Shown here: piece by piece, positions 51,126 through 63,380 of the stretch
Layout of the letters: every line of letters starts with the position of its first letter
How positions within the stretch are numbered: position 1 is the first letter of the stretch
Assembly (NCBI GenBank): GCA_963839305.1
Contig: CAWIUL010000011.1
Location: 2,313,561-2,377,560 of the forward strand
DNA length: 64,000 nucleotides
Direction: 5' to 3'
Source of the DNA: an uncultured delta proteobacterium
GTDB lineage: Bacteria; Myxococcota_A; Polyangia; Polyangiales; Polyangiaceae
Made by a program: the position numbers and the translations under genes
The notes under the pieces: generated by a model
Database searches by the model: none
What the model saw: only the letters and a program-made list of their open reading frames with translations
Told to the model about the DNA's origin: nothing

Positions 51126-52295
51126 TTGATCTTGCCGGCCTTCGCCGAGCGCGGCATCTCGACGGTCTTCATCAGATCCTTGTGGCGCTTCTGGATCTGC
51201 TTGTCGAGCGCCTTCACCGCCGGGTTGCGCGCGTCGTAGAGGCGGCGGTGCTTCTTGTGCACCGTCGCGTCGCTGAGGAGCGCGTACGTGAGCCACGGAA
51301 AGACCGCGGTCACGTCCGCGTGCACGTAGACCGAGCCGTACTGCACGCTCTCGGCCGAGACCTTGCCCCACGTGTGCCCCTCACCCGCGGGGCACGAAGA
51401 GAGCGCGCCGTTGTCGACGGGGTCGACGCAGAACTGCACGTCGAAGTCGAAGCCGTGCGTCGGCACGCCGAGGATCTGATCGAGCAGCGGCTCGCCCTGG
51501 AGCGTGTAGTTCTTCGGGACGCCACCGCCGAGGATCCAGATCGCCATCTTCTTCTTGAGCGTCGAGAAGCAGTGGTGCTGCATCGCGCCCATCTCGAAGA
51601 CGTCGTCGTTCACGTCGATCTCGAGCTTGAACTCGCTGCCGAGGAGGCGACGGAGCTTCACGATGTTGAGGAAGATCGACCCGTCTTGCACTGCGCCGAC
51701 GAAGATCGGGACGCCGTAGCGGTACGCGGTCGCGAGGAGCGACGGGCTCTTCACGCCGAGCGCGCTCTCGATCGCCGCGATGTGCTTTCCGAGCAGGTAG
51801 TGGAGCTCGACCGTCGTCATCCGCTTTTGGAACTCGGGCTTGCGGAGGATCGCCGAGAAGAGCTGGTCGGTCTCGAGGAGCGTCTCTTCGTGGAAGCCGA
51901 GGTCGTAGATGCGGATGATGCGCGCGAGGCGGTACTGGAGATCGCCGCCGTTCGGATCGATCTCGCGGATGCGGTGGCCGATCGATGCGGTGCGCGTCGT
52001 GATAGAGGTTCGCGCCCGTCGTCGTGATGCAGTCGATGAGCCCGCGCTCGACGAGCGGGATGATGCACGACTGGTGAAGGCCCGCGGGCGTCATCGCCCC
52101 GCTGAACGTGAGAAAGACGCACGTGTCGTCGCGCGAGCTTCGCTGCATGAGCTCGAACGCCGTTCGCTCCTGGCGGCCGACGTACGCCGGGAACGCGCGC
52201 GCGACGATGTCCGCCGGCTTTTCGCGGCCGGTGATGCCCACGGGGTGAACGTCGCGTTGCTTCTCGAACCCTTTGCGGAGGCCAGTCTTCGCCAT
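51122..52295 (-). CDS. deoxyhypusine synthase-like protein, frameshifted near 51985
   Basis: N-terminal 120 aa (ITTTGANLYHDAHRI) in track ORF 51381..52343 from M17. Remainder (GGGVPKNY ... ) in track ORF 51122..51820 and its upstream extension. Confidence 0.7.
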
Positions 52296-52379
52296 GATCG
52301 GGACGCATCTTTTAGTGGCCCTTCGGCCCTTCCGTCCAGCCACCCTTGCCGCGGCCGAAAAATGCGCTCAAATGCGCGC

Positions 52380-53213
52380 ATGATGGGCTCGTCGCGCTGG
52401 GAGGCTCTCGCTGCGAGCGAAACCATCGACGTGGCGCTCGGCGCCGCGCTCATCGCGCGCGACGCATACGCGGCGCTCGACGTGCCGAAGCTCCTCGCGC
52501 GCTTCGACGAGCTCGCGGCGCCGCTCGCGCACGCGGGGCTCGAGAAGCTCTCGGCCGTGGACGCGGCGACGGCCCTCTCGCATCACCTCTACGCGACGCT
52601 CGGATTCAGCGGGAACGAGGGCGACTACTACGACCCGCGCAACAGCCTCCTCTCGGACGTGCTCGAGCGGAAGTCGGGCATCCCGATCTCGCTCGCGCTC
52701 GTCTACTGCGAGGTGGCGCGACGCGCGGGCGTGCGCGCCGAGGGTGTGTCGTTCCCCGGGCATTTCCTCGTGCGAGTCTTCGGCGCCGAACGCTCCGAGG
52801 CGATCGTCGATCCGTTCTACGACGGTCGCGTGCTCGACGAGCCGGCGCTCGAGAAGCTGCTCGAGCGGGTCGCCGGGCAAGCGTCGGCGCCGTCCGCGCG
52901 CGTCACGGCCGAGATGACGGCCGCGGCGTCGCCACGCGCGTTCCTCACGCGCTGGCTGCTCAACCTTCGCGGCGTGTACCTCGCGCGTGGAGACCTTTCG
53001 CGCGCGCTGCTCGTCGTCGATCGCCTCGTCTCGCTGAACCCGCGCGACCGCGCGCTCTTGCGCGATCGCGGGATGCTCGCGGCGAAGCTCGGCGCGACGA
53101 GCCAGGCGCGAGAGGATCTCTCGCGCGCGCTCGCGCTCGCGCCTGCGAACGAGGCCGAGGAGCTCCGCGCGGCGCTCGCCAAGCTCGGTGAAAAACCCAG
53201 TGCGGCGAACTGA
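52380..53213 (+). CDS. transglutaminase-like / TPR protein (SirB1-like)
   Basis: Internal Met of track ORF 51909..53213. Cys-protease-like core then TPR-like C-terminus. Confidence 0.55.
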   Translation: MMGSSRWEALAASETIDVALGAALIARDAYAALDVPKLLARFDELAAPLAHAGLEKLSAVDAATALSHHLYATLGFSGNEGDYYDPRNSLLSDVLERKSGIPISLALVYCEVARRAGVRAEGVSFPGHFLVRVFGAERSEAIVDPFYDGRVLDEPALEKLLERVAGQASAPSARVTAEMTAAASPRAFLTRWLLNLRGVYLARGDLSRALLVVDRLVSLNPRDRALLRDRGMLAAKLGATSQAREDLSRALALAPANEAEELRAALAKLGEKPSAAN

Positions 53214-53757
53214 AATACTCCTCGCGTCGGCGCTGGTCCTCGCGCCGCGCGCGGCGGGCGCGCAGGTGCACTACGATCTCGGCGCGCTCGCGAGCTTCCA
53301 GCAGCGCTTCTTGATCGACGCGCCCGCGGGAAGAAGCCTCGCGGCAGAAGGCGGCGGCCTCACGCTCGACGGCCACATCGCGGTGTTCCCGCTGCTCCGC
53401 GTCGGCGCGTGGGTCACGGGCGAAGCGAGCAAGCCTCTCGACTCGAGCGCGCCGCGAGAGATCCTCTCGGGAGGCCTCCGCTTGAAGATCGTCTCGCCAT
53501 GGCCGCGCGGCGCGTGGCGCATGTGGATCGCCACGGGCTTCGGCTACGACGGCCTCATCACGGACGGCGCAGGCGGTGGATTCTTCGAGGTGCCCGCGGT
53601 CATCGGCGCGTCGCATCGCCTGCGGAAGCCGTTCGTCTTCTTGATGGAGCTCGGCGGACGCTTCGGCTTCGGCTTTTGGGGCAGCTACTACGACGGTCGC
53701 GCCGGGACCGACACCGTCTCCATCGCGCTCTCGTTCGGCGTCGGCGTCGATGGTTGA
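53188..53757 (+). CDS. secreted beta-barrel-like protein
   Basis: Track ORF. Signal peptide. Gly/aromatic-rich alternating strands and a C-terminal F residue. Confidence 0.5.
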   Translation: MKNPVRRTEILLASALVLAPRAAGAQVHYDLGALASFQQRFLIDAPAGRSLAAEGGGLTLDGHIAVFPLLRVGAWVTGEASKPLDSSAPREILSGGLRLKIVSPWPRGAWRMWIATGFGYDGLITDGAGGGFFEVPAVIGASHRLRKPFVFLMELGGRFGFGFWGSYYDGRAGTDTVSIALSFGVGVDG

Positions 53758-53802
53758 CGCGCGCGCCTCCAAGTCGACGGGAAGCGCTATGCTACGCACG
53801 CG

Positions 53803-55642
<1,840 letters not shown>

Positions 55643-55657
<15 letters not shown>

Positions 55658-56158
55658 CGCGAACGACACGCCGAGCTCCACCATCCCGAACGGGTTCGGC
55701 CACGTGTCGAGCCCGAACGAGATGCTCGCGTTCACGCCGAGCCACTTCACCGGCTCGATGCGAACGCCGCCCGTCGCGGCGAAGATGAAGATCGGCGTCT
55801 TCGTGCACGCGGGGTTGCCGAGCTGATCGTGCGAGCACGTCTCGGGAAGGCCGGCGAAGAGGCCGCCGAAGAACGGCCGCACGACGCGCGAAGGACGCAG
55901 CACCACGCGATATCCGGCCGCGCCGAAGCCGAGGCGCACGTCGTCCCCCGTCGGCATGAAGCCGCCGCGGATCCAGATCTCGTGGAGCTTCGCGAAGCGG
56001 ACGCCCGCGCTGATCATCAGCGGGACGTCGTTCGCGTACGGGATGAACGCGGTGCCCGCCTCGACGAAGAGCGCGCTCGACCACGTCTTGTCGCCACCGT
56101 CGGCGTGCGCCGCGCTCGCGACGCTCGTCACGAACGCGAACGCGAGGATGCTCTTCAT
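55643..56158 (-). CDS. small secreted beta-barrel/OMP-like protein
   Basis: Last 172 aa of track ORF 55643..57187, from MKSILAFAFVTSVASAAHA (signal peptide). Confidence 0.55.
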
Positions 56159-57070
56159 AGGCCGAAGCGTTTCGGATCTTTTCGAATGAGCTCGACGTAC
56201 GCCTCGTTCGGAAGGCGCGCCTCGATCTCGTCCGCCTCGATCGCGGCTTCGAGCTTCTTCTTGATCTCGCCGATGAGGCGCGACGGCGGAACGCCGAACG
56301 TCTTCATGATCGAGATCGCCGACGCCCGAAGGGAGCGGAGGCTGCCGGCTGTCCTCGAGCGCGAGCTGGCGGATGCGATCCTCGAGCTCCTGGATTTGCT
56401 GGAGGCCCTTGCGCTTCTTCTCCGGGCGCTTGGTCGTGATGTCCGCGCGCGCGAGGCAGAGGAGCTCGCCGAGGTGCGCGCCGAGCTCGCGCGCGAAGCG
56501 GCGCACGGCGCTGTCGGTCCAGCTCGGGTCGTACTGGTTGGCGCGGAGGTGGTGCAGGATGAGGAAGCGCACCGTGTCCTTCAACGCCTGCTCGGGCGTG
56601 AAGAGCGGCAGGCGGCGGTCGAGCTTGTCGAACATGCGCGTGCCCACCTCGGCGTGACCGAAGAAGTGCACCTTGCCGTCCGGGCTGATGCTGCGCGTCT
56701 TCACTTTTCCGATGTCGTGAAAAAGCGACGCCCAGCGCACCTCGAGCTGCGGGACCGCTTGGCGCACGACCTGCTTCGTGTGCTTCCACACGTCTTTGTG
56801 GCGCCACTCGCCGTCGCCGAAGCCGACCATGGCCTGGATTTCGGGGAAGAGCGCGTCGAGCGCGCCGCCTTCGAGCAGCGCATCCAGGCCGGATTCGGGG
56901 TCTTCGCCCATCACGACGCGGTCGAGCCGGCTGCGGAGCGCCTTCGCGTCGAGGCGCGCGAGCTCGAGGTACTCGTCCACCGACGCGCGAATCACCGCGG
57001 GCGAAGCCTTTCCCTCCGCGACGCTCGCGGCGCGGTCGAGGGCATCCATCGCGCGATCAATCGACGACAT
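56155..57070 (-). CDS. HD-domain protein resembling the C-terminal part of CCA-adding enzymes / poly(A) polymerases; frameshift near 56290
   Basis: M40 of track ORF 55643..57187. HDIGK and FFGHAEVG motifs. The C-terminal tail GDLIMKTFGVPPSRLIGEIKKKLEAAI is in the +1 frame. It ends with a stop that overlaps the next ATG. Confidence 0.65.
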
Positions 57071-57161
57071 GGAGAAGGGGCGCGCCTTTACCACGATTGT
57101 CACACCATTGCACGACGGGGTAAACGCGCCCATACTGACGCGCCACTCTGGCGGAGACGCA

Positions 57162-57788
57162 ATGAAACCTTTCGCTTGGCTTTTCATCGGTAGCGTCGCG
57201 TGTGTTTCGTTCGCCGCGTGCGGCGGAGCGGATCAGTCGTCGCTCCTCACGGACGGCGGCTCGACCACGCAAGACGCGACGCAAACCGACACCGGTCCGG
57301 GCCCCGACGCTGGCCCCAAGAAGGACTCGGGTCCCTCCGTCGACAGCGGTCCGATCGCCGACGTCGTCACGGTCGACGTTCCCGTCGGCCCAGCCGACAG
57401 CAAGATTCACTGCGGCAACACCGCGTGCAGCGCGCAGACGCAGGTCTGCTGCATGACCGTCGGCACCACGAACTCGTTCGCGTGCGTCGGCTCGGTCAAC
57501 GACTGCACCGGCACCGATCAAGTGCCCATCACTTGCTCCAGCAACGACAACTGCGCCTCTCAAGGCAGCCCCGGCGACGTGTGCTGCGGCTTGCCGAACG
57601 GGCCGACGAGCCCCAACGTGCAGTGCGGCAACTTCTCGATGGCGTCGACGACGCAGTGCCAGACCTCCTGCGATCCGCAGCAGGGCGAGTTCGAGATCGG
57701 TTGCACGCTGCAACCGAACAGCTGCACCAACGGCCAGACGTGCATCTCGAGCGTGTGCACGCTGCCCGGCTACACGCTCTGCAAATGA
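57162..57788 (+). CDS. Cys-rich secreted lipoprotein
   Basis: Internal Met of track ORF 56778..57788. Signal peptide VACVSFAACGG and repeated C-x-C spacing. Confidence 0.65.
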   Translation: MKPFAWLFIGSVACVSFAACGGADQSSLLTDGGSTTQDATQTDTGPGPDAGPKKDSGPSVDSGPIADVVTVDVPVGPADSKIHCGNTACSAQTQVCCMTVGTTNSFACVGSVNDCTGTDQVPITCSSNDNCASQGSPGDVCCGLPNGPTSPNVQCGNFSMASTTQCQTSCDPQQGEFEIGCTLQPNSCTNGQTCISSVCTLPGYTLCK

Positions 57789-58381
57789 TCGCCTCGCGGC
57801 TACGCGTCACGGCTGCGCTCGCGCTCGTCGCGTGCGGTGGCGCGGAGCCCTCGTCGCTCTTCGACTCGGGCGCGCTCGCGCAAGGCGACGCGTCGCAAAC
57901 GCCTGACGCGATCGTCGACAAGGAAGCCGGCCCGCCCGAAGACGCGGGCAACCCGATCGACGGCGGCGTCACGAAGGACGCCGCGCCGAAGGACTCGGGC
58001 AGCCCGTATCAAGACCCCGGCATCGCGTGCGGCAACACCGAGTGCGACGCCGCGGCCGCGCTCTGCTGCGGATCGGTCACGAGCTACTACCCGCAGTACA
58101 CGTACGCGTTCGCGTGCGAGCCGCTGACGGATCTCGTGCAGTGCGCCGCGGGCGTCCCCGTGTACTGCGACGACGATCACGACTGCCCGAACAGCGGCGT
58201 CTGCTGCGGGGACCTCGATTTCCAATCGCACTACGCGAAGGTCACGTGCAAGACGACGTGCGTCGGCAACGTCCTCGGCTACACGCAGGTCCACTTCTGC
58301 GACCCGAAAGCGTCCAACTGCACGACGAACCAAAAGTGCGTCGCGAGCACGTCGCTCAGCGGGTACTACGTCTGCCAGTGA
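57785..58381 (+). CDS. Cys-rich secreted lipoprotein (paralog of the preceding gene)
   Basis: ATG overlaps the previous stop (ATGA). It lies in the frame of track ORF 57200..58381. LALVACGG lipobox and the same Cys pattern. Confidence 0.65.
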   Translation: MIASRLRVTAALALVACGGAEPSSLFDSGALAQGDASQTPDAIVDKEAGPPEDAGNPIDGGVTKDAAPKDSGSPYQDPGIACGNTECDAAAALCCGSVTSYYPQYTYAFACEPLTDLVQCAAGVPVYCDDDHDCPNSGVCCGDLDFQSHYAKVTCKTTCVGNVLGYTQVHFCDPKASNCTTNQKCVASTSLSGYYVCQ

Positions 58382-58407
58382 GCTAGCTGACGGCGGTCAG
58401 CTTCTAC

Positions 58408-59486
58408 TCAATTCGCGGACGGCGCCACCGCGCGGTCGGGCAATCCTTCATCCGTGAAGGACTTGAGCTCCTCGCTCACCGTGCGCAGGTACTGCTGCTT
58501 CACGTGGAAGGGAGGAACGCGCTCTTGAAGCCACTCGTGATGATCTGTTTGAGCTCCACGAGGCCGAGGCCCATTTCTTTGTGGCACATCCAGAGCTCTT
58601 TCGAGACCGTCGTGTCGGTGACGAGGCGGTTGTCGGTGTTCACCGTCACGCGGAGGCCGAGGTTGAAATAGAGCTTGAGCGGGTGCGTCGCGAGGTCGCG
58701 CACGGCGCCGGTCTGCACGTTCGACGAGGGGCAGCACTCGAGCGGGATGCGGTGGTCGTTGACGTAGTGGAGGAGGTCGCCGTTCTCGCGGAGGCGGCAG
58801 CCATGGCCGATGCGGTGCGCGCCGCAGACGTGGACGGCCTGCGCGATCGACTCGGGGCCGTACGCTTCGCCGGCGTGGATCGTCACGTTGATGTTGTTGT
58901 CGCGAACGAGCTGGAACGCTTGAAGGTGATGCTTCGCGGGGTGGTCGTACTCCGCGCCCGCGAGGTCGAAGCCGACGACGCCGCGGTTCTTGTACGCGAC
59001 GGCGAGCTCCGCCATCTCGAGCGAGCTCTCGGGCGAGACGTTGCGGATGCCGCAGATGATGACGTTCGACTCGATGCGGAAATCCTTTTGCGCGGCGCGT
59101 AGGCCCTGGAGCACCGCCTCGACGACGCGCACGAGCGACAGGCCCTTTCGCGTGTGGAGCATCGGCGCGTAGCGCACCTCCATGTAGCGGACGTTCTCGC
59201 GCGCGGCGTCTTCGGCGAGCTCGTAGGCGGCGCGCGTCAGCGCTTCTTCGGTTTGCAAGACGCGCAGCGTGACGTCGAAGGCCTTCAGGTACTCGACGAG
59301 CGAGCCGCAGTTCTTTCCGAGGTTCATCGCGCGGCGCAGGCCGTCTTGATCCGCCGCGGGGAGCTCCACGCGCTGGCGTTCGGCGAGGTCGAGGATCGTC
59401 TCGAGGCGGAGCGACCCGTCCAGGTGAACGTGGAGGTCGGTCTTGGGGAGCTTCTCGATGAGCTCCAGCGGAATCGATTTACCCAT
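58408..59486 (-). CDS. add: adenosine deaminase; frameshift in the last ~35 codons
   Basis: Track ORF 58500..59486 (LHVHLDGS, TVNTDN, HAGE motifs). The C-terminal continuation PFHVKQQYLRTVSEELKSF... is in track ORF 58408..58737. Confidence 0.8.
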
Positions 59487-59514
59487 GTTTCAAGATAACA
59501 TACTGGACCCGCCC

Positions 59515-60165
59515 ATGCAGAAACTCGCGCTTGGTGTCCACGCATTTCAGGCGAAGTACTTCTCCACGCACCGCAAGCTTTTCACGCGGCTCGCGCAGGG
59601 GCAGAACCCGGAGACGCTCTTCATCACGTGCAGCGACTCGCGCGTCGTCCCGCACCTCATCACCGACACGCAGCCCGGGGACCTCTTTTTGGTGCGCAAC
59701 ATCGGCAACGTCGTGCCGCACCCGAGCTTGCCCGGGGGCACCGCGGCGGCCGTCGAGTACGCGATCGAGGTGCTCGGCGTGGAGAACGTCGTCGTCTGCG
59801 GACACACGCTCTGCGGCGCGATGCGCGCGCTGCTCGATCCGAAGAGCGTCGAGAAGCTCCCGTTCGTGAAGAAGTGGGTCGACCAGACCGAGCGCGTCTC
59901 GTCAATCGTGCGCGAACGGTACGCGCACTTGGAGGGCGACGAGCTCCTCACCGCGGCGGTCGAGGAGAACGTGCTCGTGCAGCTCGAGCACCTCCGCGAG
60001 TTCACGTTCGTGGCCGACGGGCTCGACAAAGGCAGGCTACGATTGGCCGGGTGGGTGTTCAAAATCCAGACGGGCGAGGTCTTCGAGTTCGATCCGGAGG
60101 CCGGGCAGTTCTTGTCGCTCGGCGCGGATCGCACGCCCTCCTCGCGGCCGCCGCCGGCGCGCTGA
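59515..60165 (+). CDS. beta-class carbonic anhydrase
   Basis: M25 of track ORF 59443..60165. CSDSRV and HTLCGA zinc-ligand motifs. Confidence 0.85.
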   Translation: MQKLALGVHAFQAKYFSTHRKLFTRLAQGQNPETLFITCSDSRVVPHLITDTQPGDLFLVRNIGNVVPHPSLPGGTAAAVEYAIEVLGVENVVVCGHTLCGAMRALLDPKSVEKLPFVKKWVDQTERVSSIVRERYAHLEGDELLTAAVEENVLVQLEHLREFTFVADGLDKGRLRLAGWVFKIQTGEVFEFDPEAGQFLSLGADRTPSSRPPPAR

Positions 60166-61316
60166 TCGGCTGCTCGACCCCGCCGAGCGCGACGGACAGC
60201 GGCGCGCCGAGCGACGCGGCGACCGAGGCAAGCGACGCGAGCGCGTCCGACGCGGGAGCCGACGTGCTCGACGCGTACGCGCCGCCGCCGCCGGCGCTCA
60301 CCGCGTCGGGGCCGCTCGATCTGAAGAACGCGGTCGACGCGAGCTTCACGCTCCTGCACGTGACCTCCGACGCGGGCCCGTGCGTGCGCATCGCGAACGG
60401 CTCGCACGTCACGATCACGGCGTCGGAGATCGGCCCGTGCGGCGGCAACGGCGTCGAGATCGCGAGCAGCGACTCGATCACGATCGCCGACAGCTACATC
60501 CACCCCGAGCACCCGGCGACAGGCTGCTGCGACACGGGCGACGGCGTCTTCGCGACGGGCACGACGAACCTCACCCTCCGCGGCGACGTGATCGCGTTCG
60601 GCGAGGCGAACATCGAGGTGACCGCGTCGCAGCACGTGAAGGTGATCGGGAGCTTCCTCTTGAACCCGCAGAACGCGGGCTCGCGCGGCCAGAACTTCCA
60701 GTCGTGGGGCAACGTGAGCGACGTCCTCGTGCAGGGAAACTACGCCCTCTCGAGCACGAGCACGCAATACAAGTATCCGGAGAAGCAGGAGGACTCGATC
60801 AACTTTGGCTTCACGACCAAGATCGTCGCGAAGGACAACTACGTCACGGGCGGCCATAGCCCGTCGGGCTGCGGAATCATCGCGGACGAAGCGGCCAACG
60901 GCGTCACGTTCTCGAACAACGTGCTCGTCGACACCGGCCAGTGCGGCATCAGCATCGCGAGCGGCACGACGCAGGTCGTGGACGCGAACAAGATCATCAA
61001 CAGCACTCCCGTCAGCGGCGGCGGCAACACGGGCCTCGTCGTGTGGAGTCAGTACCCCGACGCGTGCGGGCCGGTCACGATCTCGAACAACGTCTCGAGC
61101 GAGCTCAAGCCCGACATGACGACCGAGTCCGGCTACTGGAACGGCGGCGGGTGCGCTCCCGTCACGCTCACGAACGACACGTTCGACAGCGCGGCGCGGG
61201 CCCTCCTCACGCCGGTCGCGACGAAGCTACCTCCGCCGCTGATTCCGCCGATGCCCGCGTCGTGCAGCGCGGCGACGCCGTGGACGAACCAAACCACACC
61301 GCGCTGCTGGCAGTAG
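60051..61316 (+). CDS. secreted right-handed beta-helix (pectate-lyase-fold) lipoprotein; start uncertain
   Basis: Track ORF 59628..61316. Lipobox GALIGCS at ~60160, then parallel beta-helix repeats (NGSHVTITASEIG, NGVEIASSDSITIAD...). There is no ATG upstream of the lipobox in frame. GTG at 60051 is the best candidate, and it overlaps the carbonic anhydrase 3' end. Confidence 0.55.
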   Translation: MGVQNPDGRGLRVRSGGRAVLVARRGSHALLAAAAGALIGCSTPPSATDSGAPSDAATEASDASASDAGADVLDAYAPPPPALTASGPLDLKNAVDASFTLLHVTSDAGPCVRIANGSHVTITASEIGPCGGNGVEIASSDSITIADSYIHPEHPATGCCDTGDGVFATGTTNLTLRGDVIAFGEANIEVTASQHVKVIGSFLLNPQNAGSRGQNFQSWGNVSDVLVQGNYALSSTSTQYKYPEKQEDSINFGFTTKIVAKDNYVTGGHSPSGCGIIADEAANGVTFSNNVLVDTGQCGISIASGTTQVVDANKIINSTPVSGGGNTGLVVWSQYPDACGPVTISNNVSSELKPDMTTESGYWNGGGCAPVTLTNDTFDSAARALLTPVATKLPPPLIPPMPASCSAATPWTNQTTPRCWQ

Positions 61317-63380
61317 TCATTCGCTCGCCGCGTCGAGGTCGTTCAGCGCCTCGCTCGTGACCACCGGGCTCACCTCCGACCACGCGAGAGAAGCGTCGTC
61401 AATCGTCTCGACCTTCTGCGCGCGCATCGACTCCACGTGAAGCTCTTGGCGATAGCGCAACTTGGCGGGCGGATGGTCGAGCACCAAGCGCACCCCGCGG
61501 AATTCCTTTTCGTACGTCGACGACTCTTGTTGCGCGTTCCTCGGGCCAATCGCCCAACCGCGCTCGCCGAGGACGAGGGACGAGACGCGGCGGCCGCGCA
61601 CGCGCTCGAGGCGCGTCTTTGCGAGCTCCTCTTTCGTCAGTCGGATGACGGGCCACGCGAGCTGCGGAAGCGGCTGGATGACCTCGTAGTCGGCGAGCAC
61701 GCGCCCCCACGCGTGGCTCGTCTCCGCGTCGACCATCGCGGGGTGGAGGATGCGCACGCCGTGGTGTTGGGCGAGCGCGATCGGGCGGTCGCGCGCGTCG
61801 CTGGTCGAGTCGTCCTCGCTCAGGCGGAAGCTCGCGATCGGCGCGTCACGCTCGTCGAACGCCATCCACACGAGGCCGCGCACGAAGCGGCCCACGACCG
61901 GATGCCCAGCGAGCAGCGACCAGAACGCTGGGACCTCCCAGCGCTTCTCGGTCACGAGCGCAGCGGTCATTCGCTTCGTGATCCGCTCGACGAGGATGCG
62001 CGCGTCGCGACCGAGCGCCTTCACGAGCGCCTTGGCTTCGTTGGCCTTCGCGGCGTCGTCGGTCTTCTTCGGCTCGGGCAGCTTCGGGAGCGTCGCGCCA
62101 ATCTCGTCGGTCACGTGGAGCGTCAGCGTCGCGTCGAGCGTGATGGTGAATTTCCGCGGACCGAAATCGACGGCAATCTTGCCGTGCGGGTCGAGGCCGA
62201 GCGTCGGCACGAGACAATCGTCGAGGTCGTCAATCTCGTCGAGCTCCGCGTCGACGGCTTGGATCACGGCGCGCGCGTGGTCTTGTTGCGAGCGCGAGGC
62301 ACCCTTGATCGCGATCGCGCCGAGGAGCCCGAGCGCACGAGCGCTCACGTCGTCGTCGAACCGTCGGACCGCGACGACGCCGGCAGCGCGGATCACGTCC
62401 ACGGAAGACACCTGGTAGTGCGCGCGCCACTCGCCCAGCGTGCGCTGGATCGTCGCGACGGTCTCTGCGCCACCGAGCTCGTACGCCGCGGACGGGACCC
62501 ACTTGCTCGCGCGCGGCGCGCCGGCTTGGGCCCACTTCTCGAAGACGGACCTCATCAATCGCTCGAGCGAGTCGCGCTCGACGTCGGACTCGACGCTCGA
62601 GAGTCGCGGCGTCTCCCAATCGAGGAGCGAGAGCCACGTGAGGAACGTTCGCCAGGTCGCAGGCGCGAAAGGAGCTCCGCCGCGCCAGCGAGGCCACGGC
62701 GCGGCGTCGAGCTCCTCGGGCAGCGCGTTCACCTTCGCGCCGGTGAGCGGATCTTCGCGTCGAACGGCGAGCCACGCCTCGCGTACGCCGAGTCGATCCG
62801 CGACGGCGGTGATGCGCTCGAACTCGCCGAGCCCCGTCAGATAGTGGAGCGCGAGGCGAGCTCCGCGCACGAGCTCCGCCGGCTTCTGCACCGCGACGAG
62901 CCCGAGCGCGTCGGCTCGCGCGCCGATCGCGAGCGGCACGAGCGCCTCGACCATCGCGCCGGAAAACCGCGCGAGCGCGCGCTTCGCGAGCGGACGAAGC
63001 GACTGAAGCCGAAAGAACGCATCGACGAGGACGGGCGCAGCGAGCGGCGTCCCCACGTGCGTGAGCAAGCGAAACGCCGTGAGGCGCAGGCCCAGGTCGC
63101 TCGCCGCCGCGACGAGCGCGCTCGCGGCTCGCCCTTGCTCTCGCGCGACCAGCACGTCGAGCGCGCGCGGATCGCTCGTCCCCATGTTCGCGTGCCGCGC
63201 GAGCGCCAGCCGCCTCTCACGCTCGAGCGGCCCCCAATGCGTCGGCACCTCGAGCTTCGAGAGGTCCGCCGTCACGTCCGCGGCGCCCTCGAGGACGTCC
63301 GGAAGCGAGGCCTTTCGCAGCCACGGCGGATCCTCGAGGAGCTCGTGCAGCGCGAGGCCCGCGCTGAACGGCGACTCCAT
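61317..63380 (-). CDS. large cytoplasmic protein with a C-terminal DUF4132-like region
   Basis: M113 of track ORF 61317..63716. C-terminal ~250 aa resemble DUF4132 (LPKLP...RLE.AM..W....F..L..HPVVGRFVRGLVW...). The start overlaps the upstream gene stop (ATGA). Confidence 0.5.
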   Translation of the reverse strand: MESPFSAGLALHELLEDPPWLRKASLPDVLEGAADVTADLSKLEVPTHWGPLERERRLALARHANMGTSDPRALDVLVAREQGRAASALVAAASDLGLRLTAFRLLTHVGTPLAAPVLVDAFFRLQSLRPLAKRALARFSGAMVEALVPLAIGARADALGLVAVQKPAELVRGARLALHYLTGLGEFERITAVADRLGVREAWLAVRREDPLTGAKVNALPEELDAAPWPRWRGGAPFAPATWRTFLTWLSLLDWETPRLSSVESDVERDSLERLMRSVFEKWAQAGAPRASKWVPSAAYELGGAETVATIQRTLGEWRAHYQVSSVDVIRAAGVVAVRRFDDDVSARALGLLGAIAIKGASRSQQDHARAVIQAVDAELDEIDDLDDCLVPTLGLDPHGKIAVDFGPRKFTITLDATLTLHVTDEIGATLPKLPEPKKTDDAAKANEAKALVKALGRDARILVERITKRMTAALVTEKRWEVPAFWSLLAGHPVVGRFVRGLVWMAFDERDAPIASFRLSEDDSTSDARDRPIALAQHHGVRILHPAMVDAETSHAWGRVLADYEVIQPLPQLAWPVIRLTKEELAKTRLERVRGRRVSSLVLGERGWAIGPRNAQQESSTYEKEFRGVRLVLDHPPAKLRYRQELHVESMRAQKVETIDDASLAWSEVSPVVTSEALNDLDAASE

